Below are positions 48,806 to 59,247 of a stretch of DNA of 64,000 nucleotides, in pieces. Within the stretch, counting starts at the first letter, position 1. Each line of letters starts with the position of its first letter. Position numbers and translations under genes: made by a program. Source of the DNA: a virus (Duplodnaviria > Caudoviricetes); the IMG/VR virus record IMGVR_UViG_3300027914_000334, positions 1 to 64,000 of that record; one strand, given 5' to 3'. The notes beneath the pieces are model-generated. The model saw nothing but the letters and a program-made list of their open reading frames with translations. It was not told the origin of the DNA and searched no databases.

Positions 48806-51739
48806 ATGTTCACAAAACTTTCACAAGAGCAAATTAATTCTAAGAAAGATTTTATTCGTCATTTTATTGGAAGTAAAAATGCGGCAGATGGAAGCACAGT
48901 CGATGCCAATGCTAACGTTACAACCAAGAACATAGCTAATCTACATGGAGAAATCCATAAAGATATCAATATTCAATTAAACAGAGCTATGAATTACGAT
49001 AAGATTAAGGAACTGTTTGGTGAACATTTAGCAAAAGAATACTTACGGCAGATAAATAGCCATGAAATCTACGTTCATGATGAGTCTAATATAAACCTCC
49101 CGTATTGTGTTGCATTATCTTTGCATCCTTTCATTACAAATGGATTAAAACAGCTTGGGGGAGAATCAAAGGCTCCTAAACATATTTCTAGTTTCTGTGG
49201 TGGATTTGTAAACCTTTTGCTTGCTGTAAGTGGACAATTCGCCGGAGCATGTGCAACCACCGAATTTTTTATTTATATGGATTATTTTGCCAGAAAAGAT
49301 TACGGAGAAAATTACCTTGAGACACATAAAGCGGAAATAACTCAGCATTTACAGCATGTAGTATATGTAATCAACCAACCAGCGGTAGCTAGGAATAGTC
49401 AATCTGTATTCTGGAATGTTTCTATCCTCGATAAGTATTTCATGAAAGGTTTATTTGAACATTTCAGATATCCAGATAATTCCGAATTGAATTACGAAAG
49501 CGTTGATAAGTTACAATTCTTCTTCTTAAATTGGTTTAATAAAGAACGAGAGAGAACTGTTCTTACGTTTCCTGTTGTTTCTGTTTCTATGTTAAGTGAT
49601 ACAAAAACAAATACTCCTAAAGATTATGAATTCGCTAATAAGATAGCCGAAGAAATGGAAAGGAAGAATAGCTTCTTTATATATCATAGTAATAGCGTTG
49701 ATTCGTTAAGTTCTTGTTGCTTTACAGGAGATCAAAAGACGCTTACAAAATCTTCTAATGGTGTAAATTATATGTCATTCGAAGAACTTGAAAGGTCTAA
49801 ATATAATGACACAAAACGCAATTTTACTATATTTCATAACGGATCATGGTGCAAAGGAAATATTGTAAAAATTCAATATGGTGGAAAAATTACAGAGGTT
49901 GTTACTGTTAATAACAAAGTAATAAAAGTTACAGAAGATCATATTCATGCTACGTTAGATGGCGACAAAAAAACTTCCGAATTGACAGAAAACGACTATC
50001 TATTATTTTCAAAATTGGAACTCAATACATTCCCAGAAAAAGACCTCAATCTTAAGGAATATCACGGTATGCTTATAGGAGCATATCTTGGTGATGGAAG
50101 CTGTTATGTAAATGAAGCACTTTCAGAAGACGCAGAAACAAAATATGCTGTTAATCTTTCTATTAACGAAGATAAATACAAAAAACTTATTGTTGCTTTA
50201 AGAATGGTATGTAAGTCTATACATGGAAGTTATGACTGCTTAAAATTACATAAGTCATATAATAATGTATATCCTGTTGTTATTTATTCTAAGAAAATAT
50301 ATGACTTTATCAAATATTGGGTTGGTGGCAATTATGCCGTAAGCAAACAGTTAAATCTTGAATGTTTATTACAATCATCTGATTTTAGAAAAGGTATTTA
50401 CAAAGGTTATTATATTACTGATGGTGGTAATTCAAATCGAATATATACCACATCAGAAGCCCTCTGTATGCAAATGGAAGTATTGTTCACAAGTCTTGGT
50501 ATGCCAACCATCATTGATGTTTCTGATAGGACAGACGAACCAGTTATAATCAGAGGTCAACATTTTAACAGGAATCATAAATTATACTGTATTAGATGGT
50601 ATGCTTCTAACAACAAGCGTTCTATGCAAGATGTATATGTTGTTAGAAACAACAATGTTTACTTTAAGATTAAAAGTCTCAAAGAAGTTAAATATGATGA
50701 AATGTTCGTTTATTGTTTCCAAATGGCCGATCAATCTGAACCATACTTTACACTTCCAAATGGAATCATAACGCACAACTGTAGACTTCGCAACGCTATC
50801 CAGTCTAATGAATTCTCCTATACACTTGGGAATATAGGTATTATGACTGGTTCTATTCATGTAATAACTCTAAATATGAATAGGTTGATTCAGAAATATC
50901 ATAGGAAGTGGATGTATGAAGAAAGAGTTGGAAAACATAGTGAAATGACAGACTTCATAGCTAACAACATACGAGAAGAAATACAAACCATTCACAAATA
51001 TCATGTGGCATTTAGACAGATATTAAAAGATTACCAGTCAGCAGGACTATTACCCGTATATGATGCTGGCTTTATCACTCTGGATAAACAATATTCGACT
51101 ATAGGTATTAATGGACTTGTAGAAGGTTGTGAGTATCTTGGTTTTGAAATCTCTAACAACCCAGATTATATTAGATTTGTCTCTTCTCTTCTCAAAGTAA
51201 TAAGTGATGAAAATAAAAAGGCCAAAGAATCCTATAAGTGTATGTTTAATACTGAATTTGTTCCAGCCGAAAATCTCGGTGTTAAAAATGCCAAATGGGA
51301 CAAAGAAGATGACTATAAAGTAACAAGAGATTGTTACAATTCATATTTTTATATTGTTGAAAATGAGTCTGTAAATGTTATAGATAAATTCATACTTCAT
51401 GGAGATCAAATAACAAAATATCTTGATGGTGGGTCTGCTTTGCATCTTAATCTCCAAGAACATCTGACCAAAGAACAATATTTACATCTCATGAACATAG
51501 CAATAAAAACTGGATGTAGTTATTGGACAATTAATGTTCTAGCTACTTGTTGTGAAGAGTGTGAACATATCGACAAGGATACTCTACTTAAATGTTCTAA
51601 GTGTGGGAGTAGTAATATTACATATGCCACCAGAATTATTGGGTATCTTAAAAAGATATCCTCATTCTCGACACCAAGACAAATTGAAACGTCAAAGCGT
51701 TACAGACATGGAGCAATAACCAATGACATTCGAAGATGA
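48806..51739 (+). CDS. nrdD: anaerobic (class III) ribonucleotide reductase, intein-containing
   Basis: IYVHD, PYC, TFPV, SSC|CRL, PAENL, CEEC...CSKC, TRIIGYL glycyl-radical loop. Confidence 0.95.
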   Translation: MFTKLSQEQINSKKDFIRHFIGSKNAADGSTVDANANVTTKNIANLHGEIHKDINIQLNRAMNYDKIKELFGEHLAKEYLRQINSHEIYVHDESNINLPYCVALSLHPFITNGLKQLGGESKAPKHISSFCGGFVNLLLAVSGQFAGACATTEFFIYMDYFARKDYGENYLETHKAEITQHLQHVVYVINQPAVARNSQSVFWNVSILDKYFMKGLFEHFRYPDNSELNYESVDKLQFFFLNWFNKERERTVLTFPVVSVSMLSDTKTNTPKDYEFANKIAEEMERKNSFFIYHSNSVDSLSSCCFTGDQKTLTKSSNGVNYMSFEELERSKYNDTKRNFTIFHNGSWCKGNIVKIQYGGKITEVVTVNNKVIKVTEDHIHATLDGDKKTSELTENDYLLFSKLELNTFPEKDLNLKEYHGMLIGAYLGDGSCYVNEALSEDAETKYAVNLSINEDKYKKLIVALRMVCKSIHGSYDCLKLHKSYNNVYPVVIYSKKIYDFIKYWVGGNYAVSKQLNLECLLQSSDFRKGIYKGYYITDGGNSNRIYTTSEALCMQMEVLFTSLGMPTIIDVSDRTDEPVIIRGQHFNRNHKLYCIRWYASNNKRSMQDVYVVRNNNVYFKIKSLKEVKYDEMFVYCFQMADQSEPYFTLPNGIITHNCRLRNAIQSNEFSYTLGNIGIMTGSIHVITLNMNRLIQKYHRKWMYEERVGKHSEMTDFIANNIREEIQTIHKYHVAFRQILKDYQSAGLLPVYDAGFITLDKQYSTIGINGLVEGCEYLGFEISNNPDYIRFVSSLLKVISDENKKAKESYKCMFNTEFVPAENLGVKNAKWDKEDDYKVTRDCYNSYFYIVENESVNVIDKFILHGDQITKYLDGGSALHLNLQEHLTKEQYLHLMNIAIKTGCSYWTINVLATCCEECEHIDKDTLLKCSKCGSSNITYATRIIGYLKKISSFSTPRQIETSKRYRHGAITNDIRR
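49718..50779 (+). mobile_element. 354-aa intein with LAGLIDADG endonuclease in nrdD
   Basis: CFTGDQ start, VTEDH block B, LIGAYLGDG and GYYITDG, ends ITHN before Cys. Confidence 0.93.
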
Positions 51740-52175
51740 TATGAAATACACAGGACATACTATTGTATTTAAAGAACATCCAGAATATGTATCTCTTTTG
51801 ATATCCATCTCAAATTGTCCGGTTAAATGTCCAGATTGCCATACACCGGAATTGCAAAAAGATATCGGAGAAGTATTAACAATCGAAAAATTAAAGGATT
51901 TGATTGTTAAATATTATGGACTTGTCCAGAACGTTATATTCTTTGGTGGAGATCAATATCCTATCCAGATTGTAGAAATGTTAAAGTTATGTCATGATTT
52001 TGGGCTTAAAACTACTATATGGACAGGCAGAGAAGATATAACGCCATGTATAAAGATGTACGTAGACTATTTAAAGACAGGCCCATATATTGAATCTAAA
52101 GGTGGATTAGAATGTCCTAGTACGAATCAAATGTACATCGAAGTTAAAACAGGAAAGGATATTGTTATCAGATGA
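51723..52175 (+). CDS. nrdG: anaerobic RNR activating radical-SAM protein
   Basis: CPVKCPDCH, FFGGD, YLKTGPY...GGL...TNQ. Confidence 0.92.
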   Translation: MTFEDDMKYTGHTIVFKEHPEYVSLLISISNCPVKCPDCHTPELQKDIGEVLTIEKLKDLIVKYYGLVQNVIFFGGDQYPIQIVEMLKLCHDFGLKTTIWTGREDITPCIKMYVDYLKTGPYIESKGGLECPSTNQMYIEVKTGKDIVIR

Positions 52176-52675
52176 GAAAGATAGAGATTGTTAAAGTCAA
52201 GAAACTTACAGAAGATGCTATTCTACCAACCTACGCAAAAGAAGGCGATTGTTGCGCCGATCTTTATGCAAACGCCGATATAAAGTGGACCCCACTTGAA
52301 ATCAATATCAGTGAAGATGATGAAAAGACCGATTATAAAAGAGTAGGATATAAAGCAATTGTTCCTACAGGTATTGCTGTAGCATTACCAATCGGATATG
52401 AGTGGCAAGTTAGACCTCGTTCTGGAAATGCCGCTAAGTATAATATAAGCGTACTTAATACACCCGGTACTTGCGACGAGGAATATCGTGGAGAAGTTAT
52501 GGTAATCCTCGTATGTATCGGAGAACCTATTGGGCCATTTGCAAATGGTATCAAGAAAGGTATGCGAGTAGCGCAAGTAAAACTGTCCGAGGTCACTGTA
52601 GCTAAGTTTGAAGAGGTTGCTACATTACCAACAACTGATCGTGGGGAGGGTGGGTTAGGTAGTACTGGAGTATAA
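52172..52675 (+). CDS. dut: dUTPase (trimeric)
   Basis: ADL, RPRSG, NTPGTCDEEYRGE, RVAQ, RGEGGLGSTG. Confidence 0.95.
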   Translation: MRKIEIVKVKKLTEDAILPTYAKEGDCCADLYANADIKWTPLEINISEDDEKTDYKRVGYKAIVPTGIAVALPIGYEWQVRPRSGNAAKYNISVLNTPGTCDEEYRGEVMVILVCIGEPIGPFANGIKKGMRVAQVKLSEVTVAKFEEVATLPTTDRGEGGLGSTGV

Positions 52676-52691
52676 AAGCCCACAACACACT

Positions 52692-52970
52692 ATGGTATTT
52701 AAGTTCAATGACACAGGTAAGACCATAAAACCACTTGCAATAATCGTAGAAACAACAAGCTTTCAGAAGGTTAATTGTCTGTTAATTAAGCAAGTCATTG
52801 GAAATGCTATGTCTCTTGACATGCTTAATTATAAAGACAATAAGACTCTTAATCGTGATATCGAGAACTTATATAATAAGCTCAACGACTATTACAAGTC
52901 AGAAGAAGAAAAGAAAGCTAAGATAGGGTTTGCTCCGTCTGCCGAAGGAGACGATGACGGCCATGAATAA
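52692..52970 (+). CDS. hypothetical protein
   Basis: ORF in co-oriented run. Confidence 0.55.
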   Translation: MVFKFNDTGKTIKPLAIIVETTSFQKVNCLLIKQVIGNAMSLDMLNYKDNKTLNRDIENLYNKLNDYYKSEEEKKAKIGFAPSAEGDDDGHE

Positions 52971-53166
52971 GAATGTGACGAAGAAGATACTGAATAGCTT
53001 ATGTATAGAAGGCAAATGCACAAAGCTTATACAAGAAGAAAGTAAGTTATCTTGTTCGGAAAAATGCAAAGAATTCTGGGAATATTTGCAGGGTTATACA
53101 GCCAACGAAAAACACACAACATTCAAACCATGCCAGAAATACGATAAAGGTGAAGAATATGCTTAA
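52930..53166 (+). CDS. hypothetical Cys-containing protein
   Basis: Overlapping ORF in run; start likely MNKNV. Confidence 0.5.
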   Translation: MLRLPKETMTAMNKNVTKKILNSLCIEGKCTKLIQEESKLSCSEKCKEFWEYLQGYTANEKHTTFKPCQKYDKGEEYA

Positions 53167-53374
53167 ACTAGAAACGAAAATTACCGTTGATTTTATAAAG
53201 GGATTTGATTGTCCGATTGTATTCCACAATGAAGATTATACGATCTGGGAAACTAAGCATGGTGATGTTCTTATGAATAAAAAAGGTGATTACTATTTAA
53301 TGACAAAAGGAGAGTCGGCTATCTTTATATCTCAATATGATGCTCAATATCGGGCAAACAAACCAATAGGATAA
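53150..53374 (+). CDS. hypothetical protein
   Basis: ORF in co-oriented run. Confidence 0.5.
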   Translation: MKNMLKLETKITVDFIKGFDCPIVFHNEDYTIWETKHGDVLMNKKGDYYLMTKGESAIFISQYDAQYRANKPIG

Positions 53375-53390
53375 TTAGCCGAAACAAGAC

Positions 53391-54146
53391 ATGCAACCAA
53401 AAATTTTACTAGATACCAAATTGGATGCTATTGAGCTTCTACCTCTTTTCGATTTACATCTTGGGTCGTATGAATGTGATGAAGGTCTTATCGACAGTGC
53501 CATTAATTACATAAGACATCACAACAAATGTTTCACCTTCCTTGGTGGTGATATCATAGAATGTAACGTATATGGCAAAACCAACAATGTTCATACTCAA
53601 AAAATGCAACTGGATGAACAGGTAGAACGCATTAAAGAGAAGTTATATCCTATAAGGAACAAGATACTTTTCTCAGTTACTGGAAACCATGAGCATAGGA
53701 TTGAAAAAGCTACTGGTCTTAACCTTTCTAAGATCATAGCGGATAGTCTGAATGTTAATTTTTGCGATTGGGAAAGTCATTTTATAATTAAATTTAAGAA
53801 CAAGTTATGTAAGCTATATGCTCATCATGGAACAGGTTCTTCTGTAACAAGCGGTGCTAAACTTAACTCAGCAGAAAAGTTACACTTCCGTTCCCCAATG
53901 GCTAATATAATTATTTGTGGTCATTTGCATTTCCCTATAAATTCAGAAAGGGAGATTCGGTATCTTGATAACAGTGGTAACATTAAGAAATTTACTCAGC
54001 ATTATGTCGTGTGCGGGTCTGCTCATGGTAGTAATGGATATGCGTCGATGAAAGCGTATTCCCCCGTGCCCCGATCTATGACAAAGATCACAGTTGTACC
54101 ACATGCATCGGATTTCAATGTATATATCAATAAACTTAAGGAATAA
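53391..54146 (+). CDS. calcineurin-like metallophosphoesterase
   Basis: DLHLG, GGD, GNHE, HHG, GHLH. Confidence 0.9.
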   Translation: MQPKILLDTKLDAIELLPLFDLHLGSYECDEGLIDSAINYIRHHNKCFTFLGGDIIECNVYGKTNNVHTQKMQLDEQVERIKEKLYPIRNKILFSVTGNHEHRIEKATGLNLSKIIADSLNVNFCDWESHFIIKFKNKLCKLYAHHGTGSSVTSGAKLNSAEKLHFRSPMANIIICGHLHFPINSEREIRYLDNSGNIKKFTQHYVVCGSAHGSNGYASMKAYSPVPRSMTKITVVPHASDFNVYINKLKE

Positions 54147-54148
54147 AT

Positions 54149-54352
54149 ATGAATCACATTACACTTTTGCGAATTATGGCTGTTGTTCAGGCATGGGATG
54201 AAACAACCTTCCCGGTGATACTGTGGGTCTATGCCGCCATCCTCGAAATCGAGTGGTGGGGCATGGTTGCGAGAAATACCTTCCTTGAAAATTATGCGAT
54301 TAAAAACGTGAAACTCGAAAAAGAGAGCAATCAATTATCAGAAAATGAATAA
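54149..54352 (+). CDS. hypothetical protein
   Basis: ORF with AAGGA upstream. Confidence 0.45.
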   Translation: MNHITLLRIMAVVQAWDETTFPVILWVYAAILEIEWWGMVARNTFLENYAIKNVKLEKESNQLSENE

Positions 54353-54391
54353 TAACAACCCCTTGACATGGCGTTAATCTTGGTGTATCAT
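54336..54391 (+). promoter_or_regulatory. sigma70-type promoter with upstream TATC-N8-AATA site
   Basis: TTGACA(54363)-17 nt-TATCAT. Confidence 0.7.
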
Positions 54392-54462
54392 CCTTCCATG
54401 TGAAGCTCTTTAATAACATTTAAAAATTATATTATACATACGCTTTTATTGGAGGCATTTTC

Positions 54463-54822
54463 ATGGGAGCTGTCAAAAAAGAGCATGGGGTTCGTTTTCT
54501 TAAAAAGTTTCACCAGAAGAAGCTTAAAGAAATCCAGAGGAAAATTACCAGAGAAGAACGCCAAGATTACATTGACAAGTTAGAAACAAAAGATGTCGAA
54601 ATTTCTGGTTGTAAGAAGTTAGAAAGTTCTGCTATACTGCGTATCCTGTCCGAGAAAGAATGTCCTGTATGTGGAACAACGGTATATCCACCGAGGATTT
54701 ATTGTGATGTCTGTAGACCATCAGTTAAAAAACAAGAATCATCGGTGGCTGTTAACGACTCAGTAGATACGTTCGAATGTGAAGATAAAGTAGGTACATC
54801 TGGAATACGAGATCAACTATAA
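54463..54822 (+). CDS. Zn-finger protein
   Basis: CPVCG...YCDVC; GGAGG RBS. Confidence 0.65.
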   Translation: MGAVKKEHGVRFLKKFHQKKLKEIQRKITREERQDYIDKLETKDVEISGCKKLESSAILRILSEKECPVCGTTVYPPRIYCDVCRPSVKKQESSVAVNDSVDTFECEDKVGTSGIRDQL

Positions 54823-56078
54823 TGGCGATAAACTTAAGTATCAAGAATCGTGATGTATTGGAAGATTGCAAAACTAAAGAAGATTGTAGTTTTGACATAA
54901 TATTTTCCGATCCACCATACAACTTGAATACTAAGTGGAAAATCGACAAGACTACCGGCAGTTACGAGACAAATAGCGCAGTAGATTTCCTTGGTAAATG
55001 GGAAGGTCTAAATGGTAAGTTCTTAGATTCCATGTTTCGACAATTTTACAGGATCATGAAACATGGAGGTTACTGTGTATTATATTGCGCTTCTAGGCAA
55101 TCTAGTCCGTTTTATTATTATGCTGTTAAACATGGGTTTGAAATTATGGAACCGCTGTATTGGTTTTATACTAAATCATTCCCAAAAGTTACAGACGTAT
55201 CAAAAGCCCTCAAATACAAAGGTATCGAAAATAACGACTTCCAAGGTTATAAGTATTCTCAGACACCACTGAAGCAAGTCTTAGACATGATCCTTGTTTT
55301 TCGTAAACCGGCAAAATTTGGAATCCAAGATGACATACTGGCGGCTTACAAGGATGATAAGATTCATCCATCATGCTTAAACATTGACGATAACAGAGTT
55401 CCGTTCGTATCGGAAGCCGACAAACGAGTATGTTCTAGTGTTCTTGGTGAACGTTCATGTGATACTGGTAGTGTATTTAACAAAGACACATGCCGTTTTC
55501 ACAATCCCGGTTATGTTATAACTGCTCATGATAATGGTAGATTTCCTTCACAATTATTTATAGATGAACATTGTAAAGATGTAATAGATGAACAAAGTGG
55601 TGAACGTAGAAGTGGTTCTCCTGTAAATAACCGACCTTTAAAACACTATAACTTTGAAAGAGATAACAAATACGCAGGTACTGTTAATTTCGAAGGTTAT
55701 GAGGATAAAGGTGGAGCAAGTAAAATATTACATGTATGCTCATACGAACAAGAACATGACCTTGTAATGTTTGCATCTAAAGTTGGTAAGTCTGAACGTA
55801 ATGCTGGTTGTGGGATGAATGTTCATCCATGTGTCAAACCGATTTCACTAAATTACAGAATTTTAAAATTGTTCAAACTCCCAAAGACATTTATGGAAAG
55901 AATTTATATTCCATTCTCTGGTTCTGGTTCTGAAGTAATAGCCGCAGTTAAGAATGGATACAACGAAATTCATGCCGTGGAGATTGACAAAGAACACATC
56001 AAAGTATCTGTTGAACGAATCAAATACTGGTCTAAGACTAAGATTAAAGAAGAAACAACTAAACCTAAATTATATTAA
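54822..56078 (+). CDS. DNA N6-adenine/N4-cytosine methyltransferase (beta-type motif order)
   Basis: FSDPPY near N-terminus, HPCVKP, IPFSGSGS near C-terminus. Confidence 0.9.
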   Translation: MAINLSIKNRDVLEDCKTKEDCSFDIIFSDPPYNLNTKWKIDKTTGSYETNSAVDFLGKWEGLNGKFLDSMFRQFYRIMKHGGYCVLYCASRQSSPFYYYAVKHGFEIMEPLYWFYTKSFPKVTDVSKALKYKGIENNDFQGYKYSQTPLKQVLDMILVFRKPAKFGIQDDILAAYKDDKIHPSCLNIDDNRVPFVSEADKRVCSSVLGERSCDTGSVFNKDTCRFHNPGYVITAHDNGRFPSQLFIDEHCKDVIDEQSGERRSGSPVNNRPLKHYNFERDNKYAGTVNFEGYEDKGGASKILHVCSYEQEHDLVMFASKVGKSERNAGCGMNVHPCVKPISLNYRILKLFKLPKTFMERIYIPFSGSGSEVIAAVKNGYNEIHAVEIDKEHIKVSVERIKYWSKTKIKEETTKPKLY

Positions 56079-56089
56079 GGATTAATGTT

Positions 56090-58231
56090 ATGCTAATGAA
56101 TACTGAGACGATTGATATAGTCCGTTCTTCCACCATGCAGGAACAATCCTTCGGGATTGGAAATCTTTCTGTCATTCTTTCCATTCTCAGAAGTAAATTA
56201 TATTCTAATCCTGTTAGGTCGATGATTCAGGAAATCCTTTCTAATGCGCGTGACGCTCACAGGGAAGCCGGGTTTGCCGATAAACCTATCGTCATTCAAT
56301 TCCCATGTGATATCGATCCATATTTCTACATTAAGGATTTCGGTCTTGGAATAACCCCAGATAGGATGAGTAACGTTTTCCTGCAATACGGTGCCAGTAC
56401 TAAACGTGGGGATAACGTTCAAACTGGTGGATTTGGTATTGGTGCCAAATCGCCATTTGCCTATTCCGATTCATTCTCTATCGAGACGATCACGAACGAG
56501 CTTGGATATAACATGCTTCGTTCCTATACGGCATATATCGACGAGACACAAATCGGTAAGATCGCTCTTATGAACGAGGAACGTACCAACGATCCTACTG
56601 GAACAAAGATTACCGTTCCTGTTAAGGAGCAAGATTATACCTATTTTTATCAGATGGCTCAGGATATCTGTAGGTGGTGGAAAGTAACACCTATTTCTAA
56701 TATTTCAATTAATAGAATTGAAATTCAAAAAGAAACAGACGATTATATCATCATGGATAACATCGGTAATAACATCGTACTTATCGACGAGATTCCGTAT
56801 GAACTTAGTAAGTCTTCTATCACAAGCCATCCAAAATACACAACTATAATGAACCAGTGTGATATGTTGCAAGCATCGTTAAAATTACACTTTAATAATT
56901 ATTCTAATTGTGTATTGAAGTTTAAGACTGGTGAACTAAGCATATCTGCCAATCGTGAAAATATTGATTATACCGATGAGAATATGGAAGTGTTTGCCTA
57001 TAAAACTAAGATAGTTATTGAAGATATTATTAAAACAATAACAGATGATTTGGCGTCATCAGAAACATATAAAGATGCTGTTAGTTATATTTATCGACTT
57101 AATCAAATATACCGTGAAATGTTTAAGGAACTAACCGGACAAATTACTTGGAAGGGGTTGCCTATATATGAAACGCTTAGAGATGGCAATCTGGTTAGGT
57201 ATTACTCGTACCTTGGAGAAATTGAAAGAGATACTAAAGATGTTGTTCATTCTTTCAGTGGTAATCATCTATTGTTTTATGATGACACAACTGATTTTTC
57301 TATTGCTCCGCGTATTCGGACTATCCTCCTAGATGATGAAAACGAAAATGTAAGAATCAATGTTATAAGACCGGAATATTGTTGGGATGTAGAACATACC
57401 GTTAAAGACACAATTTCCGGTAATGATATTATAACAAAGACAACATCCTATGCATATAAAGTACCTAAGCACATCAAGAACTATGAGGTATCTCCTAGAT
57501 TTCTTGCTTTTTATGAAAAGGCGATAAATGTATTGTTGGCGGCTGGTATGAAAATGCTGTCAACCGTAGGTTGCACTAAGAAAGAACGAGAATACACGAA
57601 GATATGTGGATATTATCTGAATGACAAATACGAAACTGGCGAAATGCCAGATAAAAACGCTAAATTCATATTCGCTAGTTCGAATAATACCAAGCTTTTC
57701 TTGGATGAAACCCATGGTAAGCATATTAATAAAATTAGCGATTATTATGATGCCTGTCCAGAATTAAAAAACCAAAAGATATACATCCTTACAAATACTG
57801 AATTGAAGCGTTATAAAAATAAAATATCTCTAAAGAATTATCTATTGCGTTATTTCCGAAAAAAGAGCAACGATCCAGTGTATATGGAGAAGTTTGATCT
57901 TGCTTGTAGGAGAAGTGTAATAGAGAACAAATATCCAAGACTTTTATATGATGGGGTTAATATCCCAGAGGTTGTTTCTATAAGGGATAGAATTCTCTCT
58001 ACAGATACATCAGATATGAATAAAGATATTAAAGTATTAAAGGCTCTTGGATTTTATTTTATAGAAGAAGATCGATATAAATCTGAAATAGAACTTGAAT
58101 TGGAGGAATTAGTTAAAAAATATACAATTCTCGATTATTACTTAAAATCAACAAGATGGTTCGCTACTGAAGATATTCGTTTATTTGAAATTATTTATTA
58201 TAAGGAGAAGGCGTATGCAGAAAAAGTATAA
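56090..58231 (+). CDS. rIIA: rIIA-like protein (GHKL ATPase N-domain)
   Basis: LYSNP...EILSNARDAH, IKDFGLG, YGASTK, GGFGIGAKSPFAYSD. Confidence 0.9.
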   Translation: MLMNTETIDIVRSSTMQEQSFGIGNLSVILSILRSKLYSNPVRSMIQEILSNARDAHREAGFADKPIVIQFPCDIDPYFYIKDFGLGITPDRMSNVFLQYGASTKRGDNVQTGGFGIGAKSPFAYSDSFSIETITNELGYNMLRSYTAYIDETQIGKIALMNEERTNDPTGTKITVPVKEQDYTYFYQMAQDICRWWKVTPISNISINRIEIQKETDDYIIMDNIGNNIVLIDEIPYELSKSSITSHPKYTTIMNQCDMLQASLKLHFNNYSNCVLKFKTGELSISANRENIDYTDENMEVFAYKTKIVIEDIIKTITDDLASSETYKDAVSYIYRLNQIYREMFKELTGQITWKGLPIYETLRDGNLVRYYSYLGEIERDTKDVVHSFSGNHLLFYDDTTDFSIAPRIRTILLDDENENVRINVIRPEYCWDVEHTVKDTISGNDIITKTTSYAYKVPKHIKNYEVSPRFLAFYEKAINVLLAAGMKMLSTVGCTKKEREYTKICGYYLNDKYETGEMPDKNAKFIFASSNNTKLFLDETHGKHINKISDYYDACPELKNQKIYILTNTELKRYKNKISLKNYLLRYFRKKSNDPVYMEKFDLACRRSVIENKYPRLLYDGVNIPEVVSIRDRILSTDTSDMNKDIKVLKALGFYFIEEDRYKSEIELELEELVKKYTILDYYLKSTRWFATEDIRLFEIIYYKEKAYAEKV

Positions 58232-59237
58232 GAATTCAATAATCACTCCGAAAACGATTACATTGTGCTTCACTCCTTCGGAAACAGTTATAATCCCGAA
58301 GGACAATCCTAAGTTTGATGAGGTTAAGCGTCTTCTTTTCGAGGAACGTTTCGATGAGATTTATAGCTCCATCTCGATCAAAAACAGCATCCTTACAAAA
58401 TCAAAAGGTAAGATTCAATACGAGAATACGAAATTCAAGATCGGCAAAGACGAGCTTCCAGAATGTATCACCAAGTATCTTGTGGATTTCGATCTTAACA
58501 GAATTCCTCTGAAGTTCATCATCAACTTCTGGAATAGGCTTAAAAACAATCCTTCTGAAGAATCGAAGAAAGACCTGTTTGCTTTCATAAAGGCGGCCAA
58601 AATAGCTATTACTGAGAACGGTTGTTTTGTCGCATACAAGTACGTGCGAAATGATTTCATGGACTGTTATAGCGGCAAGTTCGACAACCATCCCGGCAAA
58701 ACTCCTACTATGAATCGCAAGGATGTTGATCCAGACAGGACTCGCACATGCTCCAATGGACTGCATGTTTGTTCTTGGGATTATTTACATGTGTCATCTA
58801 ACAACAAAATTGTGGAATGTCTTGTTGATCCGGTAGATGTAGTTACCGTTCCTATTGATTATAACGATACCAAGATGCGCGTCTGTAAGTATAAGGTCAT
58901 TCGTGAATGTAAGGAAAAGCTGGAACTTCCTCTTTACGAAGATCACTACAAGGAAGAAGGTCTTAAATTCATAAGGACTTCCAAGGATGGGCGTCTCAAG
59001 ATTGCGGCTTGTCACATCAATAGGCTCAATACCGATTCTCAGGTTTCAGCGTCTATCAATAATGGCAATATCTACGTGAAGTCTGAATATAATGCAACCA
59101 AGAATGGTGTAGTATTTTATGTTAATTCTGACGGCACTGTTAGACTTCCAAAGACATTCATGGAAAAGGCTGGTCTATTAAATAAAGACCTTGTGATAAC
59201 ATACGATTCAAAGTCCAGACATTTGAAAATCTCCTGA
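58215..59237 (+). CDS. rIIB-like protein
   Basis: FWNRL..NPS, ITENGCFVAYK.VR.DF.D, CSNGLH, VDPVDVVTVP.DY...KMRVC.Y; follows rIIA. Confidence 0.88.
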   Translation: MQKKYKNSIITPKTITLCFTPSETVIIPKDNPKFDEVKRLLFEERFDEIYSSISIKNSILTKSKGKIQYENTKFKIGKDELPECITKYLVDFDLNRIPLKFIINFWNRLKNNPSEESKKDLFAFIKAAKIAITENGCFVAYKYVRNDFMDCYSGKFDNHPGKTPTMNRKDVDPDRTRTCSNGLHVCSWDYLHVSSNNKIVECLVDPVDVVTVPIDYNDTKMRVCKYKVIRECKEKLELPLYEDHYKEEGLKFIRTSKDGRLKIAACHINRLNTDSQVSASINNGNIYVKSEYNATKNGVVFYVNSDGTVRLPKTFMEKAGLLNKDLVITYDSKSRHLKIS

Positions 59238-59247
59238 CCTGAGCCAA

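Noticed and set aside
45954-52675. Hypermodified-base pathway (kinase, HD hydrolase, thyX, dut)
   Set aside because: No purZ, queuosine/dpdA or hydroxymethylase genes seen; the set fits ordinary dNTP supply.
54149-54352. Possible tRNA/ncRNA in a GC-richer stretch (also 62650-62810)
   Set aside because: No cloverleaf or T-loop consensus; both are explained by small ORFs with RBS. No tRNA was recognised anywhere in the window.
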